Assembly (NCBI RefSeq): GCF_001194135.2
Contig: NC_068992.1
Location: 64,055,195 to 64,119,194 of the forward strand
DNA: 64,000 bases
Direction of reading: 5' to 3'
DNA from: Octopus bimaculoides
Taxonomy: Eukaryota
Positions 14,044 to 27,476 of the stretch are shown in pieces. Both the position numbers and the translations under genes were made by a program. The notes under the pieces are model-generated. The model was given only the letters and a program-made list of their open reading frames with translations, ran no database searches and was not told where the DNA came from. The number at the start of each line of letters is the position of its first letter. The first letter of the stretch is position 1.

Positions 14044-14619
14044 TACGTGTGTGTATATATATATATATATTTGTTACAAATGCATGTCACCGTCATTCAT
14101 TTCCTCTTGAAAACATGTCTAATGACCAAGAAATATTACCTTGCTTGGAAAAGAGTGAGTGTTAACAAGAAAGGTATACAGCCATAGAATATCTGCCTCA
14201 ATGAAATGTTTCACACAAGCAAACATGCAAAACTGGTTGTTATAAAGATAATCATTATATATATATATACACACACACACAGATGAGTGGAGTTGTAGTA
14301 GAGAAGGGTAAGTGGCTTTACTTTATGTCAGCTATTGACAGGCTCAAGTGCGATAGAGAGACAGGTACATGTGTCTTGCTATAAAAGAGATACATGGTTA
14401 ATTTGCATTACATAAGAAATGGTGGGACTAGCTGCAAGATGATGTCAGGACATATTCTCAAGGTACAAGAAGGCGAGTACAAGAGAAAGTAAGGATCAAG
14501 GATTAGGAAGGGTGTGTGGATATGTTCAAAAGAGTGTGAGAAGATAGTGAGGAATCGTTAGAGATTGGGCCATTGTCCAATTTGCTTTATTATCTCCTTC
14601 CAACTGAGGGTTGGCAACA

Positions 14620-15036
14620 GGAAAGGCATTAGATTTAAGAAGGAAGAATGTTACAATCGAGGTGAATCACAATGACATTTTTGTGAGCAGTTTGACAGAC
14701 CACGCCTTTCTTTTGCTGGGCTCAAATCTCCTTTGCAAACCCATGGAAAACGAACCTCCACCAACTATTTTGCCTATATGTCTGTGCACACCTTTCAACG
14801 CAATGTATACCAGAAGGGTTGCAAATCTAACGGAGGCCTCAAAAGACATTTTAAGATCCACAAAGAACTGAACTTATCTGCAGCTCTTGGTGGTTCAAAT
14901 CGGACATGCAATCTATGTGGGTGTCTTTTCAAAACATTGTCTGGTTTAAAAAGCCACATCAGATGCCATGATGCTTCTAAGGTGGAGGTACAGGAGGGGG
15001 TCAGACTCTGCATAAGGAGTAGACAACCACCATATA
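14620..15036 (+). mobile_element. Second, shorter copy of the same zinc-finger RTE LINE 3' end
   Basis: Colinear with ~53765-54175 and ends at the same GGAG(T/C)AGACAACCACCA point. Confidence 0.85.
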
Positions 15037-15710
15037 TACATCATACTTAATCATGTTTCTCTGCATCACTACCTGCATATCAGCTCACCTGGATTTCTCT
15101 TATAGCCACTCTTTACCCCATAGACCCAGTCCTCAATAAAAATTTCTAAGATTAAGTTTAAATCATTTGAGCACTTGTACGTTATTTTCTGGACATATAG
15201 AAAATATACGGACATTAAATGATGATGATGCTTGTGTGTAAATATTATTTAGAATAAAAGTTTGCAAAATGATTTCTGAGTAAACTTCTCACAACAATTT
15301 GCCTTAATTGAGTATCTCTGACTGTCACTCAGTTTGTTGTTTTAGTTTATCTCTGCCACTGTGACTGATGTGAAACACATAGCATTTTATTATATGCAAG
15401 ATAAGATTTAAGAATGCAGAATGAACTTTAAAATATATATTGATATCCTTCTATCATTTACTCTCTCCCTCTCTTAAACTGCTTCTGGGTTTTTAAAACA
15501 TTTTACCTACATACCTGCTCTTTGTTTTTCTCTTCCTCTTTCTGTCTTTCTACCTCCCACTATCTCATACTCTGTCTCTCTCCATATATCTCCAATTCTT
15601 TCTCTCTCTTTCTATATATTCTCTTCTCAGTAAGATTTCTCTTTCATACCTAATATCATACCTACACCTGTATCTCTTCAACTCTCTCTCTCTCTCATAT
15701 ATGTATATAT

Positions 15711-15741
<31 letters not shown>

Positions 15742-15828
15742 CATAAACACAAAAATACATATATACAAACATAAAAATACAACTTCAAACACTAAAGTGT
15801 TACTTATAAAGAAAAAGTATATATATGT

Positions 15829-15897
<69 letters not shown>

Positions 15898-15934
15898 CAC
15901 ACACACACACACACAGACACATAGCATATTGTAT

Positions 15935-16259
15935 CCCACCTTGTTTCACATTTATATATATGCATACATTTTCATCATCATAATCACCATCATCGATGAT
16001 GATGATGAAAATGTATGCATATATATAAATGTGAAACAAGGTGGGAAAAAATAGTACTCAAATATTAGAGGTAGAGTAATATGCTTTATTGTTAAAGCTG
16101 CAAAAACATCACAAAACCTGCTACTCAGAGTTTTACATTTATTGGACAGTTATGACTGGGAATTCTCAATCACAACTATCCAATGAACAGGAACGTGAAA
16201 CTCTGAGTAGCAGTTTTTTTGGGATATTTTTGGGATGTTTTTGCAGCTTAAAATAATAA
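15935..16259. repeat. Two adjacent foldbacks, probably inverted Penelope pLTR remnants
   Basis: Perfect 47-bp inverted arms at 15935-15981 and 15999-16045. An imperfect ~175-bp foldback at 16086-16259 has arms that each carry a decayed hammerhead-like motif. Confidence 0.7.
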
Positions 16260-16269
16260 AGTGTGTTTA

Positions 16270-16688
16270 GGCGTAGGAGTGGCTGTGTGGTAAGTAGCTT
16301 GCTTACCAACCACATGGTTCAGGGTTCAGTCCCACTGCGTGGCACCCTGGGCAAGTGTCTTCTACTATAGCCTCGGGTCAACCAAAACCTTGTGAGTGTA
16401 TTTGGTAGATGACAACTGAAAGAAGCCCGTCGTATATATGTATATATATATGTGTGTGTGTGTGTATATGTTTGTGTGTCTATGTTTGTCCCCCCACCAT
16501 CGCTTGACAACCGATACTGGTGTGTTTACGTCCCCGTAACATAGCGGTTCAGCAAAAGGGACTGATAGAATAAGTACTAGGTTTACAAAGAATAAGTCCT
16601 GGGGTTGATTTGCTCGACTAAAGGCGGTGCTCCAGCATGGCCACAGTCAAATGACTGAAACAAGTAAAAGAATAAAAGTAAAAGAATA
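16270..16688 (+). mobile_element. SINE family A, full copy (tRNA-like head, CORE-like box, central microsatellite, conserved tail); others at ~4545-4745+, 12110-12915+, 27480-27635-, 29060-29230+, 44122-44538+, 48060-48215-, 56470-56610+, 58275-58780-, 60140-60700+, 61085-61515-, 62840-63000-
   Basis: A box TGGCTGTGTGG, B box GGTTCAGTCCC, GGCACC(C/T)TGGGCAAGTG box, (TA)n(TG)n, tail ending ATGACTGAAACAAGTAAAAG. The 44122 copy has the TSD AATGATCTG (44113-44121 / 44539-44547). Confidence 0.85.
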
Positions 16689-17414
16689 TATATGTATATA
16701 ACCCAGTACAATCTGTTGCACAGTCAGGTTGTCAGCAGGTAAACTGGCAAGCCTACTTTGTAAGGAAGGTGGTTTTCTTTGGACACCCGGCCAGATAAAA
16801 CCCTGTCAAAGGGCAGATTAACTCAGTAGTGTCAACAGCCATCCAATAGCTAGTAATTTCCATAACCTTCCCAGATGTGTACATTAGGTGTGATCATGCC
16901 TTGAGAATAACAGAGACATTAGCTGTGTTCCCAGCCATGTCAATCCTGACTTTGTGATACAGTTTAATCCTTCTGATATCAACATACCTGAAACTCCCTG
17001 GCTCTTATGATACAAATTCGCTGCTTTAAAGCAAACTAAATCAAAAACCATCTGCCAAAATTTCATGTTAATTTACGTTCCAAAAACCATCTTAATTATG
17101 ACAATTATTGTATTAAATTCTTCATAATTTTCAAAAAATATAGAAATGATGGCAGTGAATTAAAATAGAAATATGATAACAAAAGGGTTAATATCATTGG
17201 TTTCAAATTTAGGCACAAGGCCAGCAATTTGGGGTTAGGAGTAAATCAATTACATCAACCCTAGTGTTCAACTGGTACTTATTTTATCAACCCCAAAAGG
17301 ATGGAAAGCAAAGTTGACCTCAGTGGAATTTGAACTCAGAACATAAAGGCAGATGGAATGCCTCTAAGAATTTTCGCCTGGCATGCTAACAATTCTGCCA
17401 GCTCATTACTTTAA

Positions 17415-17630
17415 CCCTTTTGCATTCAGATTACTCTATCAAATGTAATGCTTACTGATTCACAGTGTTTTAATTTAATCATGCATTATCTTGCAGCTTC
17501 AAGATTATGATGATGCAATTGATTTTAGAATGACATTGTATGGTAGGTGTGAGGGGCCAGATGTACCTGGTTTGGACAGAAAACAAGTAGAATATTTAGG
17601 CTGGATACAGCCAATTTAAATGCTAAAGGG
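17415..17630. mobile_element. piggyBac-type MITE
   Basis: TTAA|CCCTTTTGCATT...AATGCTAAAGGG|TTAA, i.e. TIRs with a TTAA target duplication. Confidence 0.75.
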
Positions 17631-18761
17631 TTAAGAGCTATTATTAATATCATTAAACAGCAAATGAAGGCAGCGAGCTGGCAGAATCGTTAGCACACTG
17701 TGCAAAATGCTTAGTGGCATTTCATCTGTATGTTCCAAGTTCAAACTCTGCCATAGTCAACTTGCCTTCCATCCTTTCAGGGTTGATAAATTAAGTACCA
17801 GTCAAGTACTAGGGTCAATGTGGTCAACTATCCCCCTATCCACAAGTTCAAGGCCTCATGCCTATAGTAGAAAGGATTATCAAACAGCAAATACAAGAGA
17901 AATGCCACAACCATTCCCCTCCTTCTTCTCTTAGTACATATATAAACAGGAAAATAGCTGGTGGAAAGTAAATTGCTATATACAAGGTCTTGTTTCTTTG
18001 TTTAGTTTCTTTTTCCAACCATGAGAAAATATTTAAAAACTAAACCAAGACACAATATTTAAATAGAGAATAGCTTAATTCTTTTATCGCATTTTTACTA
18101 CACCTTTTATACAACAGACTATGAAAGCAGACTGGTTTTAGTGCAGATCTATTGACTTCTATAGGTCAATGTTTCATTGCCATCTTACATGTAAGCTAAA
18201 ACTCATTATTTCTCTACAGCCTAACATGACCCAGCAATATTCGGTCAAATAAGCATAAATAAATAAAATAGTAGCATGTGTACAGAGGAGGCAGTGTGAA
18301 AAAGTTATCAGAAATGAAATGTTTACAACAGATTTTCTGTATCAATACTGCATCAGTTGTGCTTATTCTACACAAAATGGTTTCCATGATGCAGTAAAAA
18401 ATAATAATAATATCAAAGGATGGTGATATTGTGCTGTTTATTCTGCTTCATTTTGAGTTTGTTTCTGCTTTCTGAGAAAAAGTAGAAAAAATCTTCAACA
18501 TAGATAAGAGAAGCAGATTCAGCACTGCAACACTGTCTCATCTTATAAATCAAGACTTACAAAAAGAAATGAAAATATGTGATGATATCGAAGAGAAAAG
18601 TAAATAAATGAATAAAGTGTAGATTAACATAACATACAACTTGATGATAACGATAATCACATATGTTCCATATACATAAATATATATATATATATATATA
18701 NNNNNNNNNNGGTAGGTAGGTAGATAGACAGACAGATAGATAGCTAACACATTCCACAGTT

Positions 18762-18804
<43 letters not shown>

Positions 18805-19822
18805 GAAAATATATTGGGGATCACACACACACACAACGAAATATCTTTTTCAAATTTAAGCATTTTTTTTAGAGTACTAATTAAAAAAAAATGACATCAA
18901 TGAAAGGACTGGTTGAACTGATATGCAAATATAAGCTGGATAATTTTGGGCATCCTTACAATAATACATAAATTAAAATAGCATAGGCAGGAGTTGGGCA
19001 GGTTGTAGAAACACAAATAGAATCAAATATTGATATAAGCTGAGGTAGATAATTTATAAAAACCAAGAATAGGATTACAAAGGGAAAAAAAAACTAATTT
19101 TGGATCAACTTAAGAAAACAAAGTATTTAGAAATTATGGTAAGGCAGATAATATTTAAATTAAAAATGAGTTGTTTTTTTTATCTCATTTTTGTCATTTG
19201 TTTTAGAGAAGAGATGCATTGAAGCAGATTGGTTTTAGAGAAAATATATTGGCTTCTAGCAGTCAATGTTTCATAGCATTTTACATGCCTCTTAAAACTA
19301 AATGAAATTCTTTTAGCAGAGATACACATCACTGGTTAAGAATAAAGACACACACAGTGAGAAAACCTTTAAATATCAATATATTGAAGAAGAGTGAAAG
19401 AAATCTCTTAATCACCTGTATACAAAATTTCTAGTATATCTAATTAGGATCATCTTCCTGCATGCAGAAGCTGTCAAGGACCATTAACATATTGCATTTA
19501 CAAGATCTCGAGTTAATACACTGCAAAGTGCCACTTTGTAGTAGACACACTGCTAGCCAAGTGGACTGGAGCAACATGAAATGAAATGCCTTATCCGAGG
19601 ATACAAATGAACTCATAATCTTAGAAACATGAGTCCAACAAGCCTAACCACTAGGCCACATTCAATAAGCCATGCAATAAAAACAAAGATAATAGCAGAT
19701 GATAGAATTAGTAGAGTATTGTACAAAACACCTGGTGGTATTTCATTTTGCTCCAGCCAACTTTGCCTTCTATCCTTCTGGACCCAGTAAAATCAGTACC
19801 AGTCATACCAGTCAAGAAATAC

Positions 19823-19927
19823 CTGTGGTTCCCAACCCTTTTATTTAAATGAGTTTTCCCATGGACCCCTTTTAATATGCTTACCCTTAAATGTATGTGT
19901 GTGTGGATCCCAGGTTGGAAACCACTG
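19823..19927. mobile_element. Short hAT-like MITE
   Basis: TIRs CTGTGGTTCCCAACC / GGTTGGAAACCACTG. No TSD recognised. Confidence 0.5.
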
Positions 19928-20796
19928 AAGGCAGAGCCCCAGCATGGCCACAGTCCAACGATTGAAACTACTATAGGGATACTAAGAGCACAGCTTAATT
20001 TATAACTTCAGTTCATACATAGGTTACATGCCTACATTTCCAGTAAGTCAAATACCAATACATTTAGATCACACCAGGAACAATATAACACCTTTTGACA
20101 CATTTATGCTACCAAATTCTCCAGACACATGAAAACACATAGTGTAAGTTAGCAACAACAATTTTGTGGCACAATTTTGGTCACAATTTTGTGATGCTTT
20201 GTCAAGTAAACTTAGTGCATTCAACAGAAACAAATCCATCTCAAACTGACCAATGTTTCCAACTGAATTATAGTATCAAGCATACATATACAAACTGGTC
20301 AGCTAGTTTGTATATATGTATGCTTGATGTAAAACGCCCTTGGCTGTTATGATGCAACTGGCTCCTACAGAACAGTGTTCAGGAATGGTTCCAGAACAAA
20401 CAACAACATTTACATAGTCACTTGATTTGTAAGAAATAGCATACTGAAACCATACAGTGCTGTCTTAAAATAAAGAAGTACATATTAGAATATGCAGTCT
20501 TAGAAAATTAAAATCTGAAAAAGACAAGATGGACCTGACTACAACACCTTAATTATAGGTTTACTCATTCAGGTTGGTTTGAAGAACAACAATGAGACTA
20601 AGTCAGATATTTAACATGTAAGACCTATTGACTCAGTTTTTAAAGCATTTTATCAGCTACCTCTTAGAGTTGACCAAAGCTACATATTATCAAACATTTA
20701 GTAAAGAATATATCAAAATACTACAGAAAGAATAAATATACAAACATCAAAGTTTTGATTTGAAACAAAATAAAAATTAATTTTGGCAAAGGATAC

Positions 20797-20901
20797 TCGT
20801 GTTGGAAATGCACGACCTCGCTGTTGTACTAATCCTTGTCTAGAGCGATCACGTGGACCAGCTCTGCCTTGTTCAATGTCTTTGAGGTTTTGCAGTGCAG
20901 T
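20797..20901 (-). CDS. CRTC: CRTC coding exon 3
   Basis: ttcttacag|TALQNLKDIEQGRAGPRDRSRQGLVQQRGRAFPTR|GTATCCTTT, 105 nt, phase 0/0, open frame. Arg-rich like the matching CRTC segment and locally GC/CpG-rich. Sequence similarity is weaker than for the other exons. Confidence 0.85.
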
Positions 20902-21073
20902 CTGTAAGAAATAGAAGGTAAGACAACTTTTTTGTGTGTGTGTGCCAATTTAAATAAAGTGCAATCCTAAGACCTGTTTAATAAATTCTAATCAGGAAAA
21001 AATTGTGAAATGTTTAGGTTCATATATTAATATCGTTATCCTATTTTTCTTTGATTTATAAAAACTAAAAAGT

Positions 21074-21105
<32 letters not shown>

Positions 21106-24100
21106 TAAAATCTAAACAACAAATATACTTTGAATATATGTTACAAAGGCCTCAATACAGCTAGATAAACACTCTCTAAGACTGAGCTCTCCATTTATAA
21201 TTATGTTGTAGTTATTATGTGTTGATACAAATTCATTCATTTTTTTAATGCTATTCTAGGATAGTGAGGAATATTGATTCTCTCATCAATGCTTTTCTGA
21301 AATACGAATATCAACAAAATATGCTTGTGTGACAAGGAAGTTGAATCTCTCCTGAATCTGATATTTTTGAATTTTATAACTAGACCAATGAGAAATATGA
21401 TTCTTACATCAACTTTTCCATGCTAAGAATCATATATTCATTCACACATAATTATATTACATAGACACACAGGTTATGAGTGAGATTATACATGTTGCAG
21501 CTGTTATGTAGTTTCTCTAGACATGCCTCAGTTCTACATGTGGAGAAATAGCTACATCTTATGGGAATGTTACCTGCAACAAGCAGGTAGTCTATCCAAG
21601 AGCTGTTTTATCTATCATCTGCTTAGCACTAATTAATTTATAACTAAGCAACAGCTCATGACTGAGAAGTTGAGGGGACATGGAGACACACACACAAATA
21701 ATGCATCCAGAAATTGTAATGGCAGAATGTGTGTGCATGTGTGTGTGTGTGTGTGAAAGAGAGAGATGACTAGAAGTAGTGGAATTTAATGAAAGCTCAA
21801 GTTCAAATCAATATAATGTTGTAAATATGGAAATAACAAGGATAATGATTCTTTACATTGTAATTTCTTTTCTACTCTAGGCACAAGGCCCGAAATTTTG
21901 GGGGAGGGGGCCAGTCAATTAGATTGACCCCAGTACACAACAGATACTTAATTTATCAACTCCAAAAGGATGAAAGGCAAAGTCGACCTCAGCAGAATTT
22001 GAACTCAAGACAGACGAAATACCGCTCAGCATTTTGCCCAACATGCTAGCGTTTCTGGCAGCTCGCCGCCTTTACATTGTAATATTGTTTAAAAATGATG
22101 CGAAAGAAATGTATAAATAAAGATCCCAAAATTTGAATGGCTACTGAACAAAGCCCAATAAATACGTGTATGAAGAGTACAATCTCCTTTTCTCAGAGTG
22201 GGGAATTAATGAAAAAATTGTGCATTTCCCTTGATGGCAATTCATGTTGATAAGAGAACAGTACCATGTAGTGTGTAATCCTGGGCCAAATAAAATCACA
22301 GTACATACAGTACTTTGATATTGTTGGCTGTCTCTCAAACTATTGATTACCTATCTCAGATGAAAAATTATTCACCCAACAATAAAAGTACATCCAGAAA
22401 ATGTAACATTTGCACAGTAAACACATTCTGGTTATACTTTTTGCTACAATTAGAACAATAAACCTGGTGTAAGAACACCAGCTTTATCAAGCTATCTGCA
22501 ATTGCAACCATACATTGCATTGATACTTGTATTTCTCAATGCCCACTCTTAAACTGCATAACTGGTACTTCTTGAATATTCAAGTCAATTATCATAACAC
22601 CAACTGCTCTAACCCTAACCCAAAATCATTCAGCTATACGGCTCTGGAAACTGACCTCCATCTCTGAATCCATGAATAAATACACAAAAGTTGAATATAT
22701 TAAGATGTACAACAGTGATTATTAATACACTGAATATACAATGTTCTCAAGTAAGTAAAGAAAATTGCACTTTACGCTTACTAACACCCCCACCCCCACC
22801 CCACCCCACCCCACTTAAAATTAAAATTTGGTAAATAAGCATCTGTTTAAAACATATATACTTGTTGTGGAATGAATGTTAATGAAAAAATCCACAAGTT
22901 TTTGAGAAAGTAGCATGGGCATTGATACTGCAGTCATTCAGATATCCATGCTGATCTAACTAGAAATTAGGGTATGGACTCAAGATTCCATCCACAGCAA
23001 GACCGCATGTAATGATTACATGAAATGCTTTAGTTTCTAGGCTATGCTTTATGTACACAGAGACTTAAAACAATATAACTGGATCAGTAATTGTGAAAAT
23101 ATGGTGACAGCTAATGCAAATAAATTTACACCCAAGTTGCAACATTTTTTGATATAATTGAAATGAAGAAATATATATATATATATATATATATATATCA
23201 AAGATCCTTTCATAATCTGAAATAAAATTGAATCTGAAAAGTAAATTTTAGACAAATTGTACAATTTATATTCACCTTTATTATTACTAAAATACCTTGT
23301 GTCTACATATTATACAGAACTGATGGAACTTGTTTGAAAGAACATACAACTGCAAAATAACTTTGCTATACCTTAGTGGGGTCATTCTATACCAATTATA
23401 AACACATGCACTGGTTTTGTTTCACTTCTTTTATTATTATTATTAGTTAATTAGTTAAAATTTAACTAATCAATCGTTTAATTCTTTGGTCAATCAATCC
23501 AATTAACTAATCAATTAACTGACTGAGTAATTAATCAAACAATTGATTAATTAATTGGTTAAATGGTTAACTAATTGACTAATAATTCTTTCTAATTTTG
23601 GCACAAGGCCAACAATTTTGAAGGGAGGATAAGTCAATTAGATCAACCCCAGTGTTTTACTGGTACTTAATTCATTGACCCCAAAAGGAAAGGCAAAGTC
23701 AACCACAGCGGTATTTGAACTCAGAAAGTAAAGCCAGAAGAAATGCTAAGCATTTTGTCCAGCATGCTAACAATTCTGCTGTCTCACCACCTTCAACTGA
23801 CTAAAAATAAAAGAAGTTAAACAGAACCAATGCATGTGTTTATTATTAGCATAATGACCCTCCCAAGATACAACACAATCTGTTTCAACATGTAAGTTCA
23901 CATCAAGAATCTTGCAAACCAAATACAAAATGAAATAATCTGTTTCTAGAATAGATAGGTCACCACTGGTAAATGAGCTTGTGTTATGTAAGAAACAGTT
24001 CTAACAAAACCTATCTGTCAGCATGAGTTGATGTAATTCCAGCTGTTGTAGCATTAATGCTCACATCACCTCTAGACACCATCGTAACATCTTTTAAACA

Positions 24101-25889
24101 AGTTTCCAAAGACAGTAATTTTGGAAAGAAAGAAAAAGAATAATAAATGAGTTTAGGTATGTTCTTTTCTTTCTTTCCTGTATGGTTGACAATGCTATGT
24201 TGTTTCATCACTGGCAATATATGTACAATCAATAACAAGAAACACGACAGTTATCTATGAGGGCACGTTAAGTCACAATGGAAGTGTTGGTCTACACTTT
24301 CATTTTTGCTAAAATGTAAACGTCTTTGGCAATTTGCAGATAGCTAGAATCTATGATTCTGTAAATAATTGTAATCATGAAAGTCTTTCATAGTATAACA
24401 TTTGATAAAGTGCAAAGTTGGTAAAGACAAACTTTCCTAAATTATTGTCAAAAAACATTTCTAAATATTAGCAAAAATAGATTTTAGGATTGCATATATC
24501 AAAATTTTAAAAAATGCAACAAAAACAAGTGTTTATATGAATAAATTCAATTGTCAACATAAATCTTTTAGAATTAATGCATTCCAAAACAGAGAAACAT
24601 AAGACAAATGTTAGTTTTTGAAGCATTAATAGTGATTTAATGTTAAGCATGTCAAGAGTTTATTCAGAAGCAACAAACAGGATCTGTGAAGAAAGATATG
24701 TAAGATTTCATGCAGAAAATAATCTTAATTGAATACAACAACCAGTTAATAAAGTTCAGACAGGCCCAACTTTTCCATAAAGTTAGAGAGAAATGGTTTA
24801 CAGTTGTCATGCAAGCTAATAGTTCTTCAAAAGGTTTATTATTTTGAAGGCATGACAACTTCAAAGAGGGTGGTGGGTGGAAATGATGGTTTTGCATACA
24901 GTTCCTGAAAGCCGGAAGTTACTAAAAGTATAGAAATTGCTAAAATCTAATTTGAAATATTTCAGAAGAGTTTGAGGAGTAGGAAACATTTCGTGTCCTG
25001 TGGTGGAACATTTTTGTACCACAACAACAGAATATTTACTTTAAATATGTAATGAAACATTTTCCCACCTAGTTTGATTGAATATGGTAGTAATAAATGA
25101 TTAAGAGAAATTTCAAGTCAAAAGAAAAAAAAAATTAGTTAATCATTTTCATAAACCACCCACAAAAAAAAAGGGAGATATGAGAGAAAATCTGAATAGA
25201 CAGCTGGTTAAGCATCAATAAGGATGCACTGCTGAACAAAAATCTACACAAAACAAAGCAAAAGAGAAAGAAAAAGCAGAAAAGAGGAGTGGGGAATAAA
25301 TGAGGAATGAGTAAAAGCAGATGGAAATCAAGTCCAATTTCCATAATAGAATTGCACAGTTTTAAGAATTAGGTTTGTTAAGGAGTGAAGAACAGGTTTA
25401 GCTGAAATACAAGGCGAGGCTGTACGGAGGCCAGTAAGCCAAGCCTTGCAGAAAGTCAAAATCAAATTCTTATACACAAACAAAACATGAATCGGTAGTC
25501 TTTTTTTTTTTTTGTTTTAACATGGGTGGGGATAATTATCTTGCATGTTTATCAATTAATTTCTTGCTTTGCTACAATACAATGACTAAAAGAATTAATA
25601 TACATCCCTCATTCTCTCATTTCTGAATAAAACATAAGCATGCTTAGTTTGCTTTTAAATCTACAATTAATAATCTTATTTAAATATAAAATAACCTCAG
25701 AACTTATGTTTGTTTATATTTTTCAAAATCAAAGTGTCCATGGTACTACTGACAACTGCATGAGTTTATGACAAATTAAATCTACATATATTTTGACCTG
25801 AGTAAATAAAAAAAAAAAAAAACAGGTGCTTTTCATTTAAAGTGATGCAATTGGTATAGATTTCTATAGAGAAAATAAAACATGCAAGA

Positions 25890-26470
25890 GAATCTGTATA
25901 ACAGAGAAAGAAATGAGAGAAAAATAAGGGCTTAAGGAATGAGGCAGAAAAGGAGAGCATAACAAGGGAGAGAGAGAAAGATCAAAAGATAATGGGTTAG
26001 GGTTCAGAGGGAGACAATTCCAAACAGAGAGGGAAGGGAAGAAGTAACATGAATGATGGGAAGAAAAGCATGGGAAAAGTGAGAAAAGGGAGAGATTAAA
26101 TGTGAGGACGAGAAAGAGAAGGCAAAAGATATAGCTGTGGATGGAGAGGGAGGGAGGGAGGGAAAGAATGAAAGATAATGTGGATAGGCTAGGGTGGGGA
26201 AAAGGGATAGATGGGTGGATGGAGAAAGCAGAAATACAAATAGAAGGCTGATACTGAAAGAGAAAGTGAAAAAGATGTAAACAGTCCAGAGAGAGAAAAC
26301 AAAAGAACAAAAGAGTGAAGGAGAGAGAAAACATGGGAGTGAAAGCTAGAAGAGAATTAAGAAAATGAGAGAGAAAACATAGAAGAGAAGGATTTAAAAG
26401 AAAGAGAGAATAAAGAAAGAGTAAAGAGTATGGCAAGGACATAGAGGTCTTAACTGGGTGTGTATAAAAG
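25890..26470 (+). repeat. Purine-rich (GA) low-complexity tract
   Basis: About 580 bp strongly enriched in A and G on the plus strand. Confidence 0.8.
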
Positions 26471-27445
26471 GATGTAGAGCAGCAGTTCCAAATCTGGGTT
26501 TGCAAATTCCCTGAATGGAAAGTGTTAAGGATCTGTAAAGTTCAAAATCTGTTGAGTGAACCTTTAAGGCCGGGAGGCTGTAGGAAAATTTCTTTAAATA
26601 AAAGGGGCTTTTGGGAGAGAAAAGTTAGAGAAAACCAGAGATGTAGAAAATGACAGGAAGCATAGAGAAGGATATTTAGAGTATTGTTAGTAACAACAGG
26701 GAATTAGAAATAAAGAGGTTAGTCAAGAGAAAATACAGAGTCGGGATGGCGGAGGGGGGGAGAGAACATGGATAAAATTTATGGGGAGGATAGAAAAACA
26801 GAGGGAGAGAAAGAGTAAGAAAAATGAAACAGAAAGAGTGGTGCACCAAAATGTGAATGTGTGTGTGTGTGTGTGTGTGCAATAAAAATTTAAAAAAGAG
26901 ATGAGTGTAAGCTGCCATGGGTGATGAAAAGAGATAACGAACAGGTGTCTGTAGCTCCTAGATAAATGTTAGAAAATGGTACATTACTTTCTGTAGGTTA
27001 ACATTGTTTCATCATCACCCAAGCAATTTAAGAGGGGTCAAGAACAGGTTCATGATGCTGTGTAACCTCAAATCAGCCAGCCAGTTTGGTATGTGGGCAG
27101 TCACCTGACCAATGAGGTGAAACCCAAAGATCTGTTGGTCCACCCTATATGGTAGTGCTAGTAAGGAGACAATGGTTGAACGGTGCTGAACAACTGACAC
27201 AGATTAACATCAATTTCTCATTGTTGTTTTAATGTCCACTTTTCCATGCTTGAATGAGGACAGATTTTTGTTGAGATAGATTTTCTGTGACCCAATGCCC
27301 TTTTTGCTGCTTACTTCCATCTGAATCCAGATAAGGTAATATTTCCACATGGCTGGACATGTTTCCACAGAAGATTGGTAATGAAGGACACTGCCTGTAT
27401 GATGGTGACTCTCGCTTACAACAATTACATGATGTCAAGACAGGG

Positions 27446-27476
<31 letters not shown>

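Larger units (their letters stand above)
11662..20796 (-). other. U12-type (minor spliceosome) GT-AG intron, CRTC intron 3, 9135 nt
   Basis: 5' splice site GTATCCTTT (20796-20788) is the U12 consensus. Branch-site-like TTCTTTAAC (11681-11673) lies ~11 nt before the AG, with no long polypyrimidine tract. Confidence 0.88.

Noticed and set aside
14733-15050. C2H2 ORFs (also 53853-54128) as host zinc-finger genes
   Set aside because: They are contiguous with RTE ORF2 motifs, share a 3' end and are disrupted, so they are LINE-derived.
16270-16345. tRNA genes at SINE heads
   Set aside because: A/B boxes are present but there is no full cloverleaf, and they continue into SINE bodies.
25864-26505. 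213-aa F/L/S-rich ORF resembling a membrane protein
   Set aside because: It is the reverse translation of a GA-rich low-complexity tract.
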